This document shows positions 35,110-47,706 of a DNA stretch of 64,000 nt, one piece after another. The notes under the pieces were generated by a model that ran no database searches, had not been told where the DNA came from, and saw only the letters and a list, made by a program, of their open reading frames with translations. Origin of the DNA: Paragordius varius (lineage: Eukaryota; Animalia; Nematomorpha); the NCBI GenBank assembly GCA_964247055.1, contig OZ176054.1:11842001-11906000 (forward strand), given 5' to 3'. Positions within the stretch are counted from its first letter, which is position 1. The number at the start of each line of letters is the position of its first letter. The position numbers and the translations under genes are program-made.

Positions 35110-37601
35110 ATGATATAATAGATTGATTGATTTTTATTTATTGGTTAATATATTTTCAAACTTGGCATTATTATTACATAGATAAGCGGAGAATTTTTTA
35201 GGCCATATCGTATAAATCGCGCGAAAAGGAAAGAAGCACACGCACAAATATTTCTGAAAAGTAGTTTTGTGAGATTTATATATATACTTTTTTTATATAA
35301 TTAATTAGAGGAATATTAAAATTGTATGTACTAAATTTAACTAACTATTATAACAAGAGTGTATTTATCATTATCAAATCATTATAGCCCTATAAATTAT
35401 GTTTTGCTTCATTGTATGCTAAATAGCAGTATTATTCCGATTGTTAATGCATTATAAAAGTGCGATATGCAAAAGAAATTATCAGAGTTATTTTACACAA
35501 TTCATTTATTGGATATAAATTATTGTGTTAAATTGTGTGGGTAACGACCAAGCGTTATAGACGAAAAACAAAATTGTTACATTGTTATATATTTAAAACT
35601 ATTTATTTTTTTAAAAATCTTACAGAACAAAAACGATATATATTATACTTCAAAATGCATTAGTAGTTAAGTAGTTTTAGCCTCGTTATATATTTATCTT
35701 TTTTAATTAACTTATAATTAAATTATTTATACATTTTAGTTTAATCCTTTCAATCATTGCCAACAAAAGTTTACTTTAATAGTTTGAAGTGTAATTAAGA
35801 CCCTAATATTAATTAATTTAGCTTTTTTTATATTGCGCTTAGATATTGATAAAAATAATTTTTTATCTTGACCCAATTTTAGCAAAAAATGGATAAAAAG
35901 ATGATTTTTGACCTTGATGAGGTTAATATAAAAGAAAATAGACAAGGGGTAAGCAATTTAAAATATTATTTGGATTATATATAACGTTTTGGTAATATAT
36001 TATATTTGTATTTTTAGTCCGCATGCAAATTATTTTGATAACCAATATATCAACAAATTGTTTGCAAGATATTCAAATAAGAAGAGAGAAATTATTGTAA
36101 TTTGGTTTAATTTATTTTTTTTTTGGGGGGGGGGGACTAAGAGGTTAGTATGACCTATAATAAACAAATTTAAAAAAAACAGTTAAATATTGGACTGACA
36201 CGTTTTAAAAATAATATTTTAAGCCAGTTAAAGCTCTTTTTATATGTTATATTTAATAAACTTTATAACCTTCCGAGGTCATTTAAGGAAATTAACTTTA
36301 CTTTTTATGGTTAATATGAGACAAAATAAACTTAAGCCAGGGTTAGAATTGGAACTTTGGTTTCAGTTTCAACTAAATGTTGTATACTAATTAGGTTTCC
36401 TATATACGGTCAAAAAGGGAATTATACAGACAAAACGTAAAAACTAAAAGACAACATTGTTAAAAGATAACACTTTTTAAAACTCTTATTTTGTATTACT
36501 CATTTACATCCCCAACCTCCATTTCAAAACTCAAAAACATTTTACAAAACCTAAGATTAAAAAAATATGGTTATCTTTTTAAAGACATATTTTCTTTTAT
36601 TATGTTTTGTGCGTAAAAATTTTTACTGTATTAAAATTCCATAACAAGGTACGGCCAAAATTGCCAACAAGTTTTGCCAATTAATTTTTGGTTAAATAGT
36701 TGTGTTTCAGTTTTCTTTCATATTAAATAAAAATTTATTGATAATAAGGTTAAAATTGTATTAAAAATCAATGATAATATTAGTATCAAAAGTATTTGAA
36801 AAAATTACTATAACCACTTTTATAAACATTTATCATATTTATTTTTATGTGATATTTTTACATAAACAATTTCATCAAAAAATGTAATTTTGTGATAATA
36901 TTATAGCGATTAATTTACATTTCATTTCTAGAATCAATTCTATATAAATATAATTTACTGTAGATTCGGACGATGTTTTGGAAAACTAAATAGAATAGCT
37001 GAATAAATTGAAATCTTGCTTTTAGAATCCATTCGTGCCAATCTATCTAAATTGATGATTATAGGATCTAGCTCATTAGATATTGCAGAGATAAGCGGTA
37101 ATTCTAAAAAAAGTTGAAAAAGGCCCAGTAAATGGACAAAAGAAGAGCAAACTTATTTAATCTTGGCAACTTAACTAAAACTAAAGAACGCAATATATTG
37201 AGAAATTTTATTTACAATGTTGTTGCTAAAAGTTAAACTTGAGAGTGTTAAAATTTATTTCATAATCTTAGGGTTATTAATGATATGTAACAAAAGGGTT
37301 GAGTTTTAATGTTATATACGTTACTATAAAGAAATTATGTTTTTTTACAATACTAGATTAGTTGCATATAGCAGGGCTTCTTAAACTTTTGTAGTTCCCG
37401 ACCCCATTTATGATTGCGATTTTCTTAACGACCCCAACAAATATAAAAGAAAAATAATAGTTTCTTAGAAATAACACTTAGAAATTTTGTTGATAATATT
37501 TATCAAAATTATTTCGGTTTTGAGAGATTGACAAAAATAAATCTACATTTTTTATAAATTTCTATAACATTTTCTGATTCATAGTAAATTTATACAAGAT
37601 A

Positions 37602-37900
37602 CTAGCAGGCCCTGTCACGCTTCGGTGTAGCGTAGTCTCACCGATAAATATTCTTAATAATTTGCAATAAATATAGTTAATGGAGATAAAAAATAATAAT
37701 CAACATATTTAATAAAAAGAATGTCTTTGATTATTCTCTGACGGGTTTTTACATAGGCTGATATTGTTTACTCGAAATCGACCATATTTAATCAGTCCCT
37801 TATTAAAGTTAGTATTCAATCATTGGATTTATTTTAAAATTTTCTAAAATTACTTTGGAACAATTTTTAACGATTTCTTTGTGCAAATATCCAAATAATT
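37602..37900 (-). mobile_element. Helitron-like non-autonomous element 3' end (CTAG followed by T); second copy from 44674
   Basis: About 250 bp shared with 44674-44930, starting actagc.ggccctgtcacgcttcg. The minus strand ends gcgaagcgtgacagggccagCTAG-t in the 44674 copy. Confidence 0.55.
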
Positions 37901-38679
37901 TTTGCTAATATTAAATGATTCATTCCAAAAATACCATTATAATATATCATAAACTACATTAAAAAGTCAATCAAAAAAAATATTTTTATATCTGAGCTAC
38001 TCCGAAAGTCCCAATTTTTTCGCTCTTCTGGGGCGTTCTATCAAAATAAATGCAAAAATGCCGGGATTACGCTAACCTTTTTTCTATATGCTAAATTTTG
38101 ATATTAACTCTTTTAAAAATGCATACTTTTTCAAAAATTTAATTTTTCATTTTGTTGAAGCGTATTCATACTATTTTGAGGCATGATGGAAATGGTATAA
38201 AATTACCTTTTCTATATTTCGATTACGTAAACATCACGTCAGAATTTTGATTATCGTTCGTCTTAAAATTTATGTTAAATATAAATTGTTTTTTTTCACA
38301 AAATTAACCCAGATTTTTTAAAAAATAAATCAAAATTATGATATAGAAAATGTGTTCATATCAAAGCGTTTTTAAACCGTTTTAACAAAATTTTGCTAAC
38401 AGATATATAAATAATTACATTTATTAGCAAAATAATTAAGTATAAATCCATAGTAAAATAAAACATATAAACGTTAGCTGGTTTGATCAATACACTAAAT
38501 AAACTATTAATATTTTTATGGATAAAAATATTCTAATAAATTAAAATAAAGATACTATAAAAGTCTATATTTATATTAAATTTCTAAATAAATCTATGTT
38601 AAAAAAATGATAAAATACTTTTCAAGATATCAACTATAAAAATATTAACTATTTTTTTTTAATTTTACCTTACATTACT

Positions 38680-40814
38680 TAATATTTGCTACTTTTTTTT
38701 ATTTATAACCTTTCCCCTTTTATTACGTTTACTTTGCACTTTGATAACTGAAGACTTTTTACTTTTTAATTTTTTTTCTTTTATATTGTCAACAACAAAC
38801 TTATTCAAGTGTTCACTAACTATATTTTGCCCTATAGACGTTAGTATATCTTTCTGATGTCGTTGAGATAATTTTTTGGTTCTTGCTTTAGATTTTGAAA
38901 CTAAATTTAAAGGTTTAGCTGAAGTCTTTGGACATGTTTTTTTTCTAACAGATTCTAAATGAATGAAAATAAGATATCTCTATTATTTCAAATAAAAAGT
39001 AAATGAAAACGAATAAAGCCGCCAAAAATATATATTATATATGCATTACCCAATAAAAAAGCTGTATTAAAAAGTTATTTGTAATATAAAAAATTAAAAA
39101 TTTCAAAAAGTTCTTATAAGTTAGCATTATAAATAAAATATAATATGTATAAATATTAGATACTTATTCCAGCAACGATCTTCTTATCAGCCAACCGGGG
39201 TAATTTGAAAAGAGTAACCTTTTTGTTTCGTAAACATCTCTTTATACAGCTAACTGTGTCTTGTTTTCGTTGCTTACTTTTCCCAGTTTGATTTGATATA
39301 ATATTCTCTTTTTTAACAATAGCTTTGATTGCTGTTTGATTAGTATTATCAAGTATATCAATATCTTCACATTTAATAAGATTCATTTTAGTATCCTCTT
39401 CCTTTCTTATATCAATTTGATTAGGATTTGCGTTAACCAAATATTCATTTTGGCCGTCAGATTCCATCTCAATTTTCATCATTTGTGGGCTAATTATCTA
39501 TAAAACGATAGGGATCAACATTTTGTGTGAATGTTATTTTTGATCAAACAACACACAAATGATTACAAATATATATATTAAGTGAGAAAAAGATATAACT
39601 ATGATTTATATAAAGTTTTGAGAAAAATTTATTTACAACATATATAATATATATTCAACACGGAAAGTTATAATAAGAAAAAGTAATGTATGTTAATTGC
39701 CAATAAAAACCGGTGCTACAAAGTATAGTATCTGTTCTAAGCTGTTCTCCATATAAAGCACATTTTTATCATCACTAATTCATTTTAGTAAAGAAAAACC
39801 CAAAGAATTATAATAAATTAAAATATAATTTAAACATCAGTCATGTCTTGTGTCTGTGGTTCATTCATTTTTTGTGTGCATATTTTCTTGTTAGCAGGGA
39901 TGATTGTATTCAACTTTTCTAAAGTTGCAGCACATCTCTTATTGGTTTTAGCGGCGGAACGAATGGGATTATTATTATCCTCATAACTTTGCTCAAATAT
40001 GTCAGCCTTATTTAAAGTGGGTGCAACAATGTTGTTACTATGATCATCCAAATTATTTAATGAAGGCAGGATAAAAGGCTTCAAAGGTAAAATCATGGGT
40101 GGAACCGTAAACAACCGATTTATAATAGCAATTCCAGGTAAATGATGTGGTTTAAGACGTATCGATTTGTGCGTATCTAACAATATTATTTAAAATTATG
40201 GATAGGGTAAAGAGTCATATTAATGCCTTTATGGTATTTAATGAAAATAAGTATTTAGGGAAGAAAAACATCATATATTTACACATAATAAACAATTAAA
40301 AATATAATTCATTTTGACTCTAAAAAATTACCCAAAAATGCAGTTTGGGATGCACGATCAATAAACATTGGTTTGGTAGTTTTTGTTATGGTTTTCAAAA
40401 CTTTTGATTGCTTGGATAATCGAGCTAAAAAATTATTCAGAAAATTATGAAACCTTCGTATTCCAACATTTTTTTGCGATTTTTCTTTTCATTTTTTTCA
40501 AACTCAATCAGACGAACAGTAGCAGCTTTAAATTGAGCTATCTCATAATCTTTGGTAGACAATTTATATTGTAAATCTTTAATTTCTTTTGTCAATGCCT
40601 CTTTTTCCTACATATTTATAAAAACTAACAAACCAAATGAATGTGTAAAAGTGTATCAAGTAACCCTTTTATACATAATTCATAAGATTCAAACCCACTA
40701 CAAATTAAAATTATTATACTCATCCCAACATTTAGCGGCTTCATATAATAATAAAGACAGAGGTTTCTCTTCAGTAGGAACATTACTCTCGGAATGGCCA
40801 TTTATGAGCTTCAT
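38680..40814 (-). CDS. Uncharacterised protein of about 451 aa with N-terminal coiled coil and Lys-rich C-terminus; exons 40720-40814, 40634-40697, 40454-40607, 40332-40424, 39836-40176, 39164-39497, 38680-38954
   Basis: All six GT-AG junctions are phase-compatible and give one uninterrupted 1356-nt frame joining ORFs 39830-40183 and 39156-39482. EKEALTKEIKDLQYKLSTKDYEIAQFK looks like a heptad segment. The first three introns are 22, 26 and 29 nt. No family recognised. Confidence 0.65.
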
Positions 40815-41601
40815 TCAAACTCGGTGGAGAACCGAGTCAAAAAATGTTGATAAATTGATTAGAGGCCAAAAAATACAAATAAATCTACAGATAATGTAAA
40901 ACATGTAAGATAATAACAACAAATTATCATTGTGTCTAACATATGTACTGAGAGAAATTATACAAAATATAAAAATAATAGAACATTACATGTTTTCACT
41001 CGTGAGAGCGGTCATGTTATACAACCTGTCTCGCCATAAAACTCTATCTATGGCGTCCTCTGCATTAAGTTAATAAATAATAATATAAATAATAAAAGAT
41101 ATCAAGCCACCTTTTAAATTACTTAATCCTTTAGATGATGTTTTTAATAATTAAATTATCTAAATTGTGGTTATTGTAATTTACATTTTAGGATATCCAT
41201 CTCCTAAAAAGTCATATTTTGTCATAAAACCTAGGGCGTTTTTGTCTTTATGTTAAGGTTTGCCTAAACCTTTCGTACTTCTTATTTTTTACCACCAAAA
41301 TTTATAAGTTTTGTTTTCTTACATAAACTTTTAAACCGTATCGTTGTAACACACCAATGAATTTGGTCACCTATTTTTTCAATACATACTCGTGATATTC
41401 GGTTATCTGGATAAAGAATATCTAGTACCCACATTGTTTGAAAGTTCACCTATGCATTTTATAAATAAAACCGGAATCGCTGACCCTGATACTCGCCCTG
41501 GTTTATTTCAATAATGTGTGACAATTCACAATGTTTACTTTGGTATGGTAAAAACCTATGCTTGATTTATGTAACTTTCAGACACATATTTTCGCCTTTA
41601 A

Positions 41602-42170
41602 CACTTCGATTCAAATTGGGGTATCTAAATACCCCGGATTAAATTTGATTTAGGATTTTTAAAATACTACTGAGGAAACGGTCTCAATTTAAATTTATGC
41701 TTCTATCCTAATAAAAATTATATAAATATGCTAAAATATTTAAATAAAATTTTGTTTTGAAAAAAAAAGTTTCATGTCACACTACTTCGACGCCATTTTA
41801 ATTTTACAAATTTTTTGCAAAAATATCGTCTTCATTTAATTTTAAAAGTAAAATTAAAGCTAATTTGTTATTTAAATTACACCTATTGATAAAAATAGAA
41901 AAAGCGGTTTATTTTGTATTATTTTTCAATTTTCCCATACATGTCACGTTGACTAAATTTTTACCTTTCGGTTTTAGCTTAAAGTAAGTAATATCAAGTA
42001 TTTTTGATTAAAATTTTTTATATATTTCGGTTTATTAATGTTATATAAGTGCAAAATTTTGCCATTGTTTTGATTCCTTCCATATTTTTTTAAATATTTA
42101 ATTTTAAACAGGCCGGGGTTTAACTACCCCAATTCGAATCGAAGGACTAAAATGAATGTGATATCAAGTG
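41602..42170. mobile_element. Non-autonomous piggyBac-like element, copy 1
   Basis: TTAA at 41598-41601 and 42171-42174; CACTT termini; internal inverted repeat CTTCGATT...GGGGTA...ACCCC abuts one terminus and is offset by a spacer at the other. Confidence 0.85.
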
Positions 42171-42499
42171 TTAAAGCTAACATATTCTTGTTGGCATCCC
42201 GCGCTTTAGCATAAATTATATGAAATTTTTAATTAACTTTCTAACTAGGAGAATTAGATTGACGGTGGATTTAAAGAATAAAACCAAATTGACTACCTTA
42301 TACTAATCATTCTTATCAGTTCTACACATTCTAATAAAACTTGATTGAATGAGACATCAATCTTATCCCCTTTAATTATGACAATCATTTACACAGTGTC
42401 CGCAAAAAAATATGATAAATAATATATATTTTCATAAAAAATGTTAAATTATCATGCTTTTATTATTATATATGGAATCAATCAGCAAAAATTATATAA

Positions 42500-42550
42500 T
42501 TTATTATAATATAATATTTCGATTACTACAAGTAATCTTTGTCAAACGTA
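42500..42550 (-). ncRNA. Hammerhead-ribozyme-like motif (U3-A8 core variant) downstream of the Penelope ORF
   Basis: The minus strand reads UUGACAA-A-GAUUAC-uugua-GUAAUC-GAAA-U, with a perfect 6-bp stem II. Stems I and III are weak. Confidence 0.55.
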
Positions 42551-42609
42551 AAAATAAAATTAAAATATAAACTAAAATTTAAATTATAAAGTAAAAATAT
42601 TTAATGAAA

Positions 42610-43050
42610 CTAAAAAAACATGTGTGTATTGTTAATAAGAAAAAAATTTGTAATATTATTAATATTGTTAAGGTCTTTCTTTCTATTCATTATATTCCCT
42701 TCTTTGTTAATAAAAAAACTTTCTTTCAATATTCTTTTTGTTTTATTTTCCTCTTTATCGACAACTTCGGCATTCCAGTCTATTTTATGTTTACATTTAA
42801 AGGCATGATATGCCAAAGCCGAATCATTAGTTTTATTCTTGCTAACTGCCGTTTTATGTTCTTTTATCCTAACATCTAATCCTCTTTTTGTTTGACCAAT
42901 GTATACACTGTCGCAATCTTGACATTTAATTTTATATATTATACACTGAGAATTAGGATTCTTTTTCTGTGAATTTAATAATTTATAGATATTATTTAAT
43001 GGTTTAAATATTATTGTGTATTTCTCTTTAAGTGTTCTGGCCTTTAGAGT
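42610..43050 (-). mobile_element. 5'-truncated Penelope-like element: intact GIY-YIG endonuclease frame, no RT
   Basis: Open frame of about 145 codons: IIFKPLNNIYKLL...IIYKIKCQDCDSVYIGQTKRGLDVRIKEH...SALAYHAFKCKHKIDWN...KRILKESFFI...IMNR. Confidence 0.9.
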
Positions 43051-43099
43051 GATTTAAGAAAGTTAAATAGACTTTTTTGTAAATGCTTTATATCAAAAA

Positions 43100-43700
43100 A
43101 AAATTGTGCACAATAAATTTTTTGGAGTGAGCTAAATTATTCCAAAAATATATCTAAAATATATCAAAAACTACAAATCAAAAAGCACAACATAATCTTA
43201 TAAAATTTTAATTTTTAGATGTCTACGAAAGGCTCACATTTTTTAGCCCTTTTAAATGAGCTATTTCTCTTAAAATAGAAGGAAAACTGCCGAAATTGGG
43301 TGATAAATCAACTAAAAATATTTTTTGTGCTAAGCATAATTTTCTTAAGTCATTTTATAACATATTATTGTAGAGGCGCGTACTTCATAGATTCATTGAG
43401 GCTCTATGAAAACGATAAAAAAGATAGGTGCTATAAACCTATAATACATAATTCAATGATGTTGACCTATCATTTCAAAGTTTTGATGCTTTTGGTAAAA
43501 GGAATTCGTTTTTTAAATATTCATCCAAATTTAAAATTAAACGAATGTATAAATATAAGAGGTGAAACAAATGTTGAGCATCATCGAATTATGTATAAAA
43601 ATTGTTTTTTGAATTTATCAAAGCGTTTTTTTACTGTTTACATCATGCCTCAAAGTATGAGTAATCAATAAAATTTTGCAAAAAATAAGTTTTATTAACA
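43100..43700. repeat. Dispersed repeat related to 37800-38420
   Basis: Shared attccaaaaata...atatatca.aaactaca, and tgaggcatgat (present in inverted form). Confidence 0.4.
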
Positions 43701-44982
43701 CTTCATCTTTGTTTTCGCGATGACATATAGGGGTAGTATATCTTAGAGTTCGAAATTGTAAATAAAATTTTTGTTAATGAATTATTAAATATTATTGCTA
43801 TATTAAATTATAAAATTCATATTTTTACAGTTTTCTAATATCTAGCATTGATCTAAACAGTTGATTTTATATCAGATTCTTGATGATTGATGAAATTAAG
43901 CTTAAAGTTATCTATTTACATTTTTAACCATAATTATATTTATTTATTAAATTATAGATTCAAAAAATGGCCGCGAAAAAGTTTGAGATCAAAAAAGAAA
44001 GTTATTTAATTTGGCTTATACCCTTAATATAGACAATGCCTTTTAGTTTTATTATACTAATATAAAAATTTATTTTAGGAAATGTAAATTTAAAATTTCA
44101 ATATCAATAACAATTCGAATATATTTCGATATTAAAAATTATATCATTTACACAATATCTAACTGGATAAACTTCAAAAGGTTAAGTGTTAAAAAATCTA
44201 TGATGTCAAAATTTAACATAAATTTAAAATTTTTATCGCGCAATCTTAGGTATATTAACGTTTATATGACCAGTTCCTTACCTTTCCATTTTTTAGTTGC
44301 AGGGTAGCTTTATATCCCAGAGCTCACTTTTTCAAATAAACCACATTTTTGAAAGTGGGTTTAGTTAAAATTTAATTATTAAACATTGTTTTCATGTATT
44401 AGATTAAAAGGTGTTTTTTACAGTTTTGTGACTTCTAGATTCTAAAATTGGGATCCATATCAGGAGTTGATCAAATAACTGACATTAGAATCAAATATCA
44501 GGTATTTGCTCTTAAAATGTAGCTTAAAATTTTTTTAAAGTTAATTACTTACATTTTCAAACCACAATATACATTTAAAAACCTGTGGCATTAGCAATTT
44601 GTGAAATGCTCTAAGCCTAAATAAAGCATATATTTAAATTTGGCTTAGTACCTTAAATACTTTTATAATATTACTAGCTGGCCCTGTCACGCTTCGCTCT
44701 GTCGTCACCGATAATTATTTTAATAATTTGCAATAAATAGAGGTAATGGAGATAAAATAATAAAAAACATATTAAATAAAAAGAATGTCTTTAATAATTT
44801 TTTAAGATGTTTAAACTCAAATATTGACTCAAAATTAACCATATTTAAACTGTATTAAAGTTAAATATTCAACTATGAATGGATTTTATAAGATTTTCGT
44901 TTTAAGAATCATTGTTAATTTGAAATTCACACAGCTGGAATCAAGCGATATAAAAAGTAAATCATTTGTGGTTCCTTTTTAA

Positions 44983-45545
44983 CACTTGGATACAACAGAT
45001 ACATTTTAGTCCTTCGATTTAGGGTAGTTAAATACCCCAGGTTTGTGTAAAATTAAATTTTCTAAAAAATATGGAAGGCATCGAAACCATGGCAAAATTT
45101 TGAACTTATACAACACTATAAACCGAAATATATAAAAAAATTTATTCAAAAATAATTGATATTACTTATTTTCGCTAAAACCAAAAGGTAAAAAATTAGT
45201 TAACCGACATGTGTGCAATGGTAAAATTGAAATAATACAAAATAAACCGCTTTCTCTATTTCTATTAATGTAAGATGTAATTTAAATAAAAAATTAGCTT
45301 TAATTTTACCCTTAAAACTAAATGAAGACGATATTTTGCAAAAATTTTATAAAATAAAAATGGCGTCGAAGTAGTTTGACATGGAACTTTTTTTTCAAAA
45401 CAAAATTTTATTTAAATATTTTGGCATATTTTTATAATTTTTGAGAAGCATAAATTTAAATTGGAACCGTATCCTTCAGTAGTTTTTTAAAAATCGTAAC
45501 TCATATTTAGACTGGGGTATTTAGATACCCAATTTAATCGAAGTG
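44983..45545. mobile_element. Non-autonomous piggyBac-like element, copy 2, inverted relative to copy 1
   Basis: TTAA at 44979-44982 and 45546-45549; reverse complement of 41602-42170 along its length. Confidence 0.85.
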
Positions 45546-45649
45546 TTAAGGGAAAGTATGATATTATACGAATTCCCTTAGAAATGTGTTTAAATGAACT
45601 AGTATGGCTTCTTAAGTTTTTTGAAAATTTTCCAAAAGCACTCTATTTT

Positions 45650-46750
45650 TATATCGCGTATTAGTTTTTAAACCGGTAGACCCCTACTCATAAACCTATA
45701 TGGAAAAAGTGCTGAATTAAATTCTTTGCCTTTATAGGGGCAAATATTTGAAATCATCTTTGATACCATCGTCTCATGGGTTATTCGAAAAAATACCTCA
45801 ACACTAAATAATCGTTATATGATGGCGTATTTTTAAGGCATAAAGGTCCCAAATAAACAGCTAAAAAAACTGACCTTAATTTTTACCTTACGGTAATATA
45901 AGCTAATAAGCTTATATGGCTTCATAAGTCTGTAAATTAGCTCCAAAACAACGCAATTACTATATAGTGGGGCCGTTTATGGAGGAAGTGTTGGGCCAAT
46001 TTGCCTTTGTATGGGGAATATCTGGAATTATCATAGATTCCATATATATGAGTTCTTGGTAGTAATATTGATTAAAAACTAAAAAAATGTTATGGAGGCG
46101 CCTTTTTTCGGGGATAAAACTTTACTTAGCCACTAATTAAAATAACCCCCTATACGCTAAAATATATGTTAAGGGGTAACAAATATTATACCTTGTTGAA
46201 CTCACATAGTCTAATAGGTTTCTGAAATTTGTCTCCAAAGGCATGCTGTATCGATATGGGGACGCAGTTTTACGCGGGTAGGCCCCTAACAGGAGCGAAA
46301 CAAGAAAACGCTCTATTAAATTTTTTTGCCTTATTTCGGGTAATACCTGGAATCATTATTGATTCGATATGCTCTCGTGGATTTTTTGAAAAAATGCCTC
46401 AAAAACCAAAAAGTCAATCTATGGTGGCGCCTTTTTCGTGGCGACAAGGGCTTAATTAACGGCTAAATTTAAAAATCGCACGGCCTAAATTTTTGTCTTG
46501 TGGGTACTATTTTAAGCACCTATTAAACTCATAAAGTCTGATAGGTTCTCTAAAATTTAGCCCCAAATGCACGCTATTTTGATAGGACGGGCAGTTTTTA
46601 GTGGGTATCTCCTTACCCAGTAGCCAAAATAAAAAAAAAGCAAACGAATAAAATATTTGCCAATACCTGGAACATATATTGTATTTTTACGGTTTCATAT
46701 TTTGGGGAAAAATAGATTCAAAATATTATTTTTGTGGACTTAATTTGAGA
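45650..46750. repeat. Degenerate tandem array, 3-4 units of about 280-325 bp
   Basis: TTGCCTT... and ATG.TGGCG(C/T) motifs recur near 45727/45820, 46001/46091, 46326/46420 and 46657. Confidence 0.6.
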
Positions 46751-47676
46751 AAACTGGCATTTTACGGGGGAGCGGGTAAAAAGAGGGTCTAAATTAAAAA
46801 GCGAGCCGACTAGTTCGGCGCAATCGAAATAATCATAATTGAAATCGAATGATCATACACGTTTTCCGATTGTCAAAAGACACTCGAACTGAGGGCCAAA
46901 ATCAAAAAAGGGCGAAGTTACTGTCGGGGCATTCATTAATGATTATATTTTTTTTATTTGGATTTGAATGGGTCTACCTGTTTTCCGAAACAGATCACAA
47001 AGCCACCACTTTCCATTTTTATAAATATATAGATTTTAGATCATTCTAGGATATAAAAATAAAACGTAATGGATTGTTAAGAAAATTAGCCCATTTTAAA
47101 AGGGCAAAAAAATGTGACACTTTCGTTAATCTAAAATTACATCTATATTGTTTTGCGCTTTAATTGTAATATATGATATATTTTAGTGATATATAGATCA
47201 AAATGTATGTAAAATTAATTATTATCAGATAGGGAAAATTTACCAGGACAAAATAATAAGGACCATGTTAATCCTGTATCCCTATCAAATATATTTCATT
47301 AGATACATTTTTTGCAGACCTCGCTGACGCAGTGCTGATATAAAACTATTATCATGAAAACATGCCAATATCTTTCGTACTCAAAACCAAAACCTCGATG
47401 AGAATTATAATGCAGTTATCTATCAGATATATATACGGACATTTTTATGTACCTACCGATTTTGCAGTGTGTGAGCTATTTAACCATAAAAAACATATGA
47501 GGCTGCTAATTATGATTTATATAATTACTATATATAATATAAATTATCTACACTAATTTAATTATATTATTGAGGTTTTAATATATATATTTGAAATAAA
47601 TGTAACAAATTTGGTATCCAAAAATTGTTTGGTTGAATATCTTACATCTGATTCACTATATCATATTTAACATCAT

Positions 47677-47684
47677 ATCTTTCC
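47677..47684 (+). promoter_or_regulatory. Candidate TCT / 5'TOP initiator of RPLP2
   Basis: ATCTTTCC with +1 C at 47679, 28 nt before the ATG; it fits the polypyrimidine initiator typical of animal ribosomal protein genes. Confidence 0.45.
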
Positions 47685-47706
47685 GATTCGGTGATACTTT
47701 TGATAA

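Noticed and set aside
46801-46820. CTAG-T within a near-palindrome as a Helitron end for the 45650-46750 array
   Set aside because: No clear subterminal hairpin or second copy.
46850-47500. Slightly GC-richer region divergent from RPLP2 with protein-like fragments (e.g. minus-strand HRGFGFEYERYWHVFMIIVLY)
   Set aside because: No phase-consistent exon chain or start could be built. A small gene is not excluded and RNA-seq would decide.
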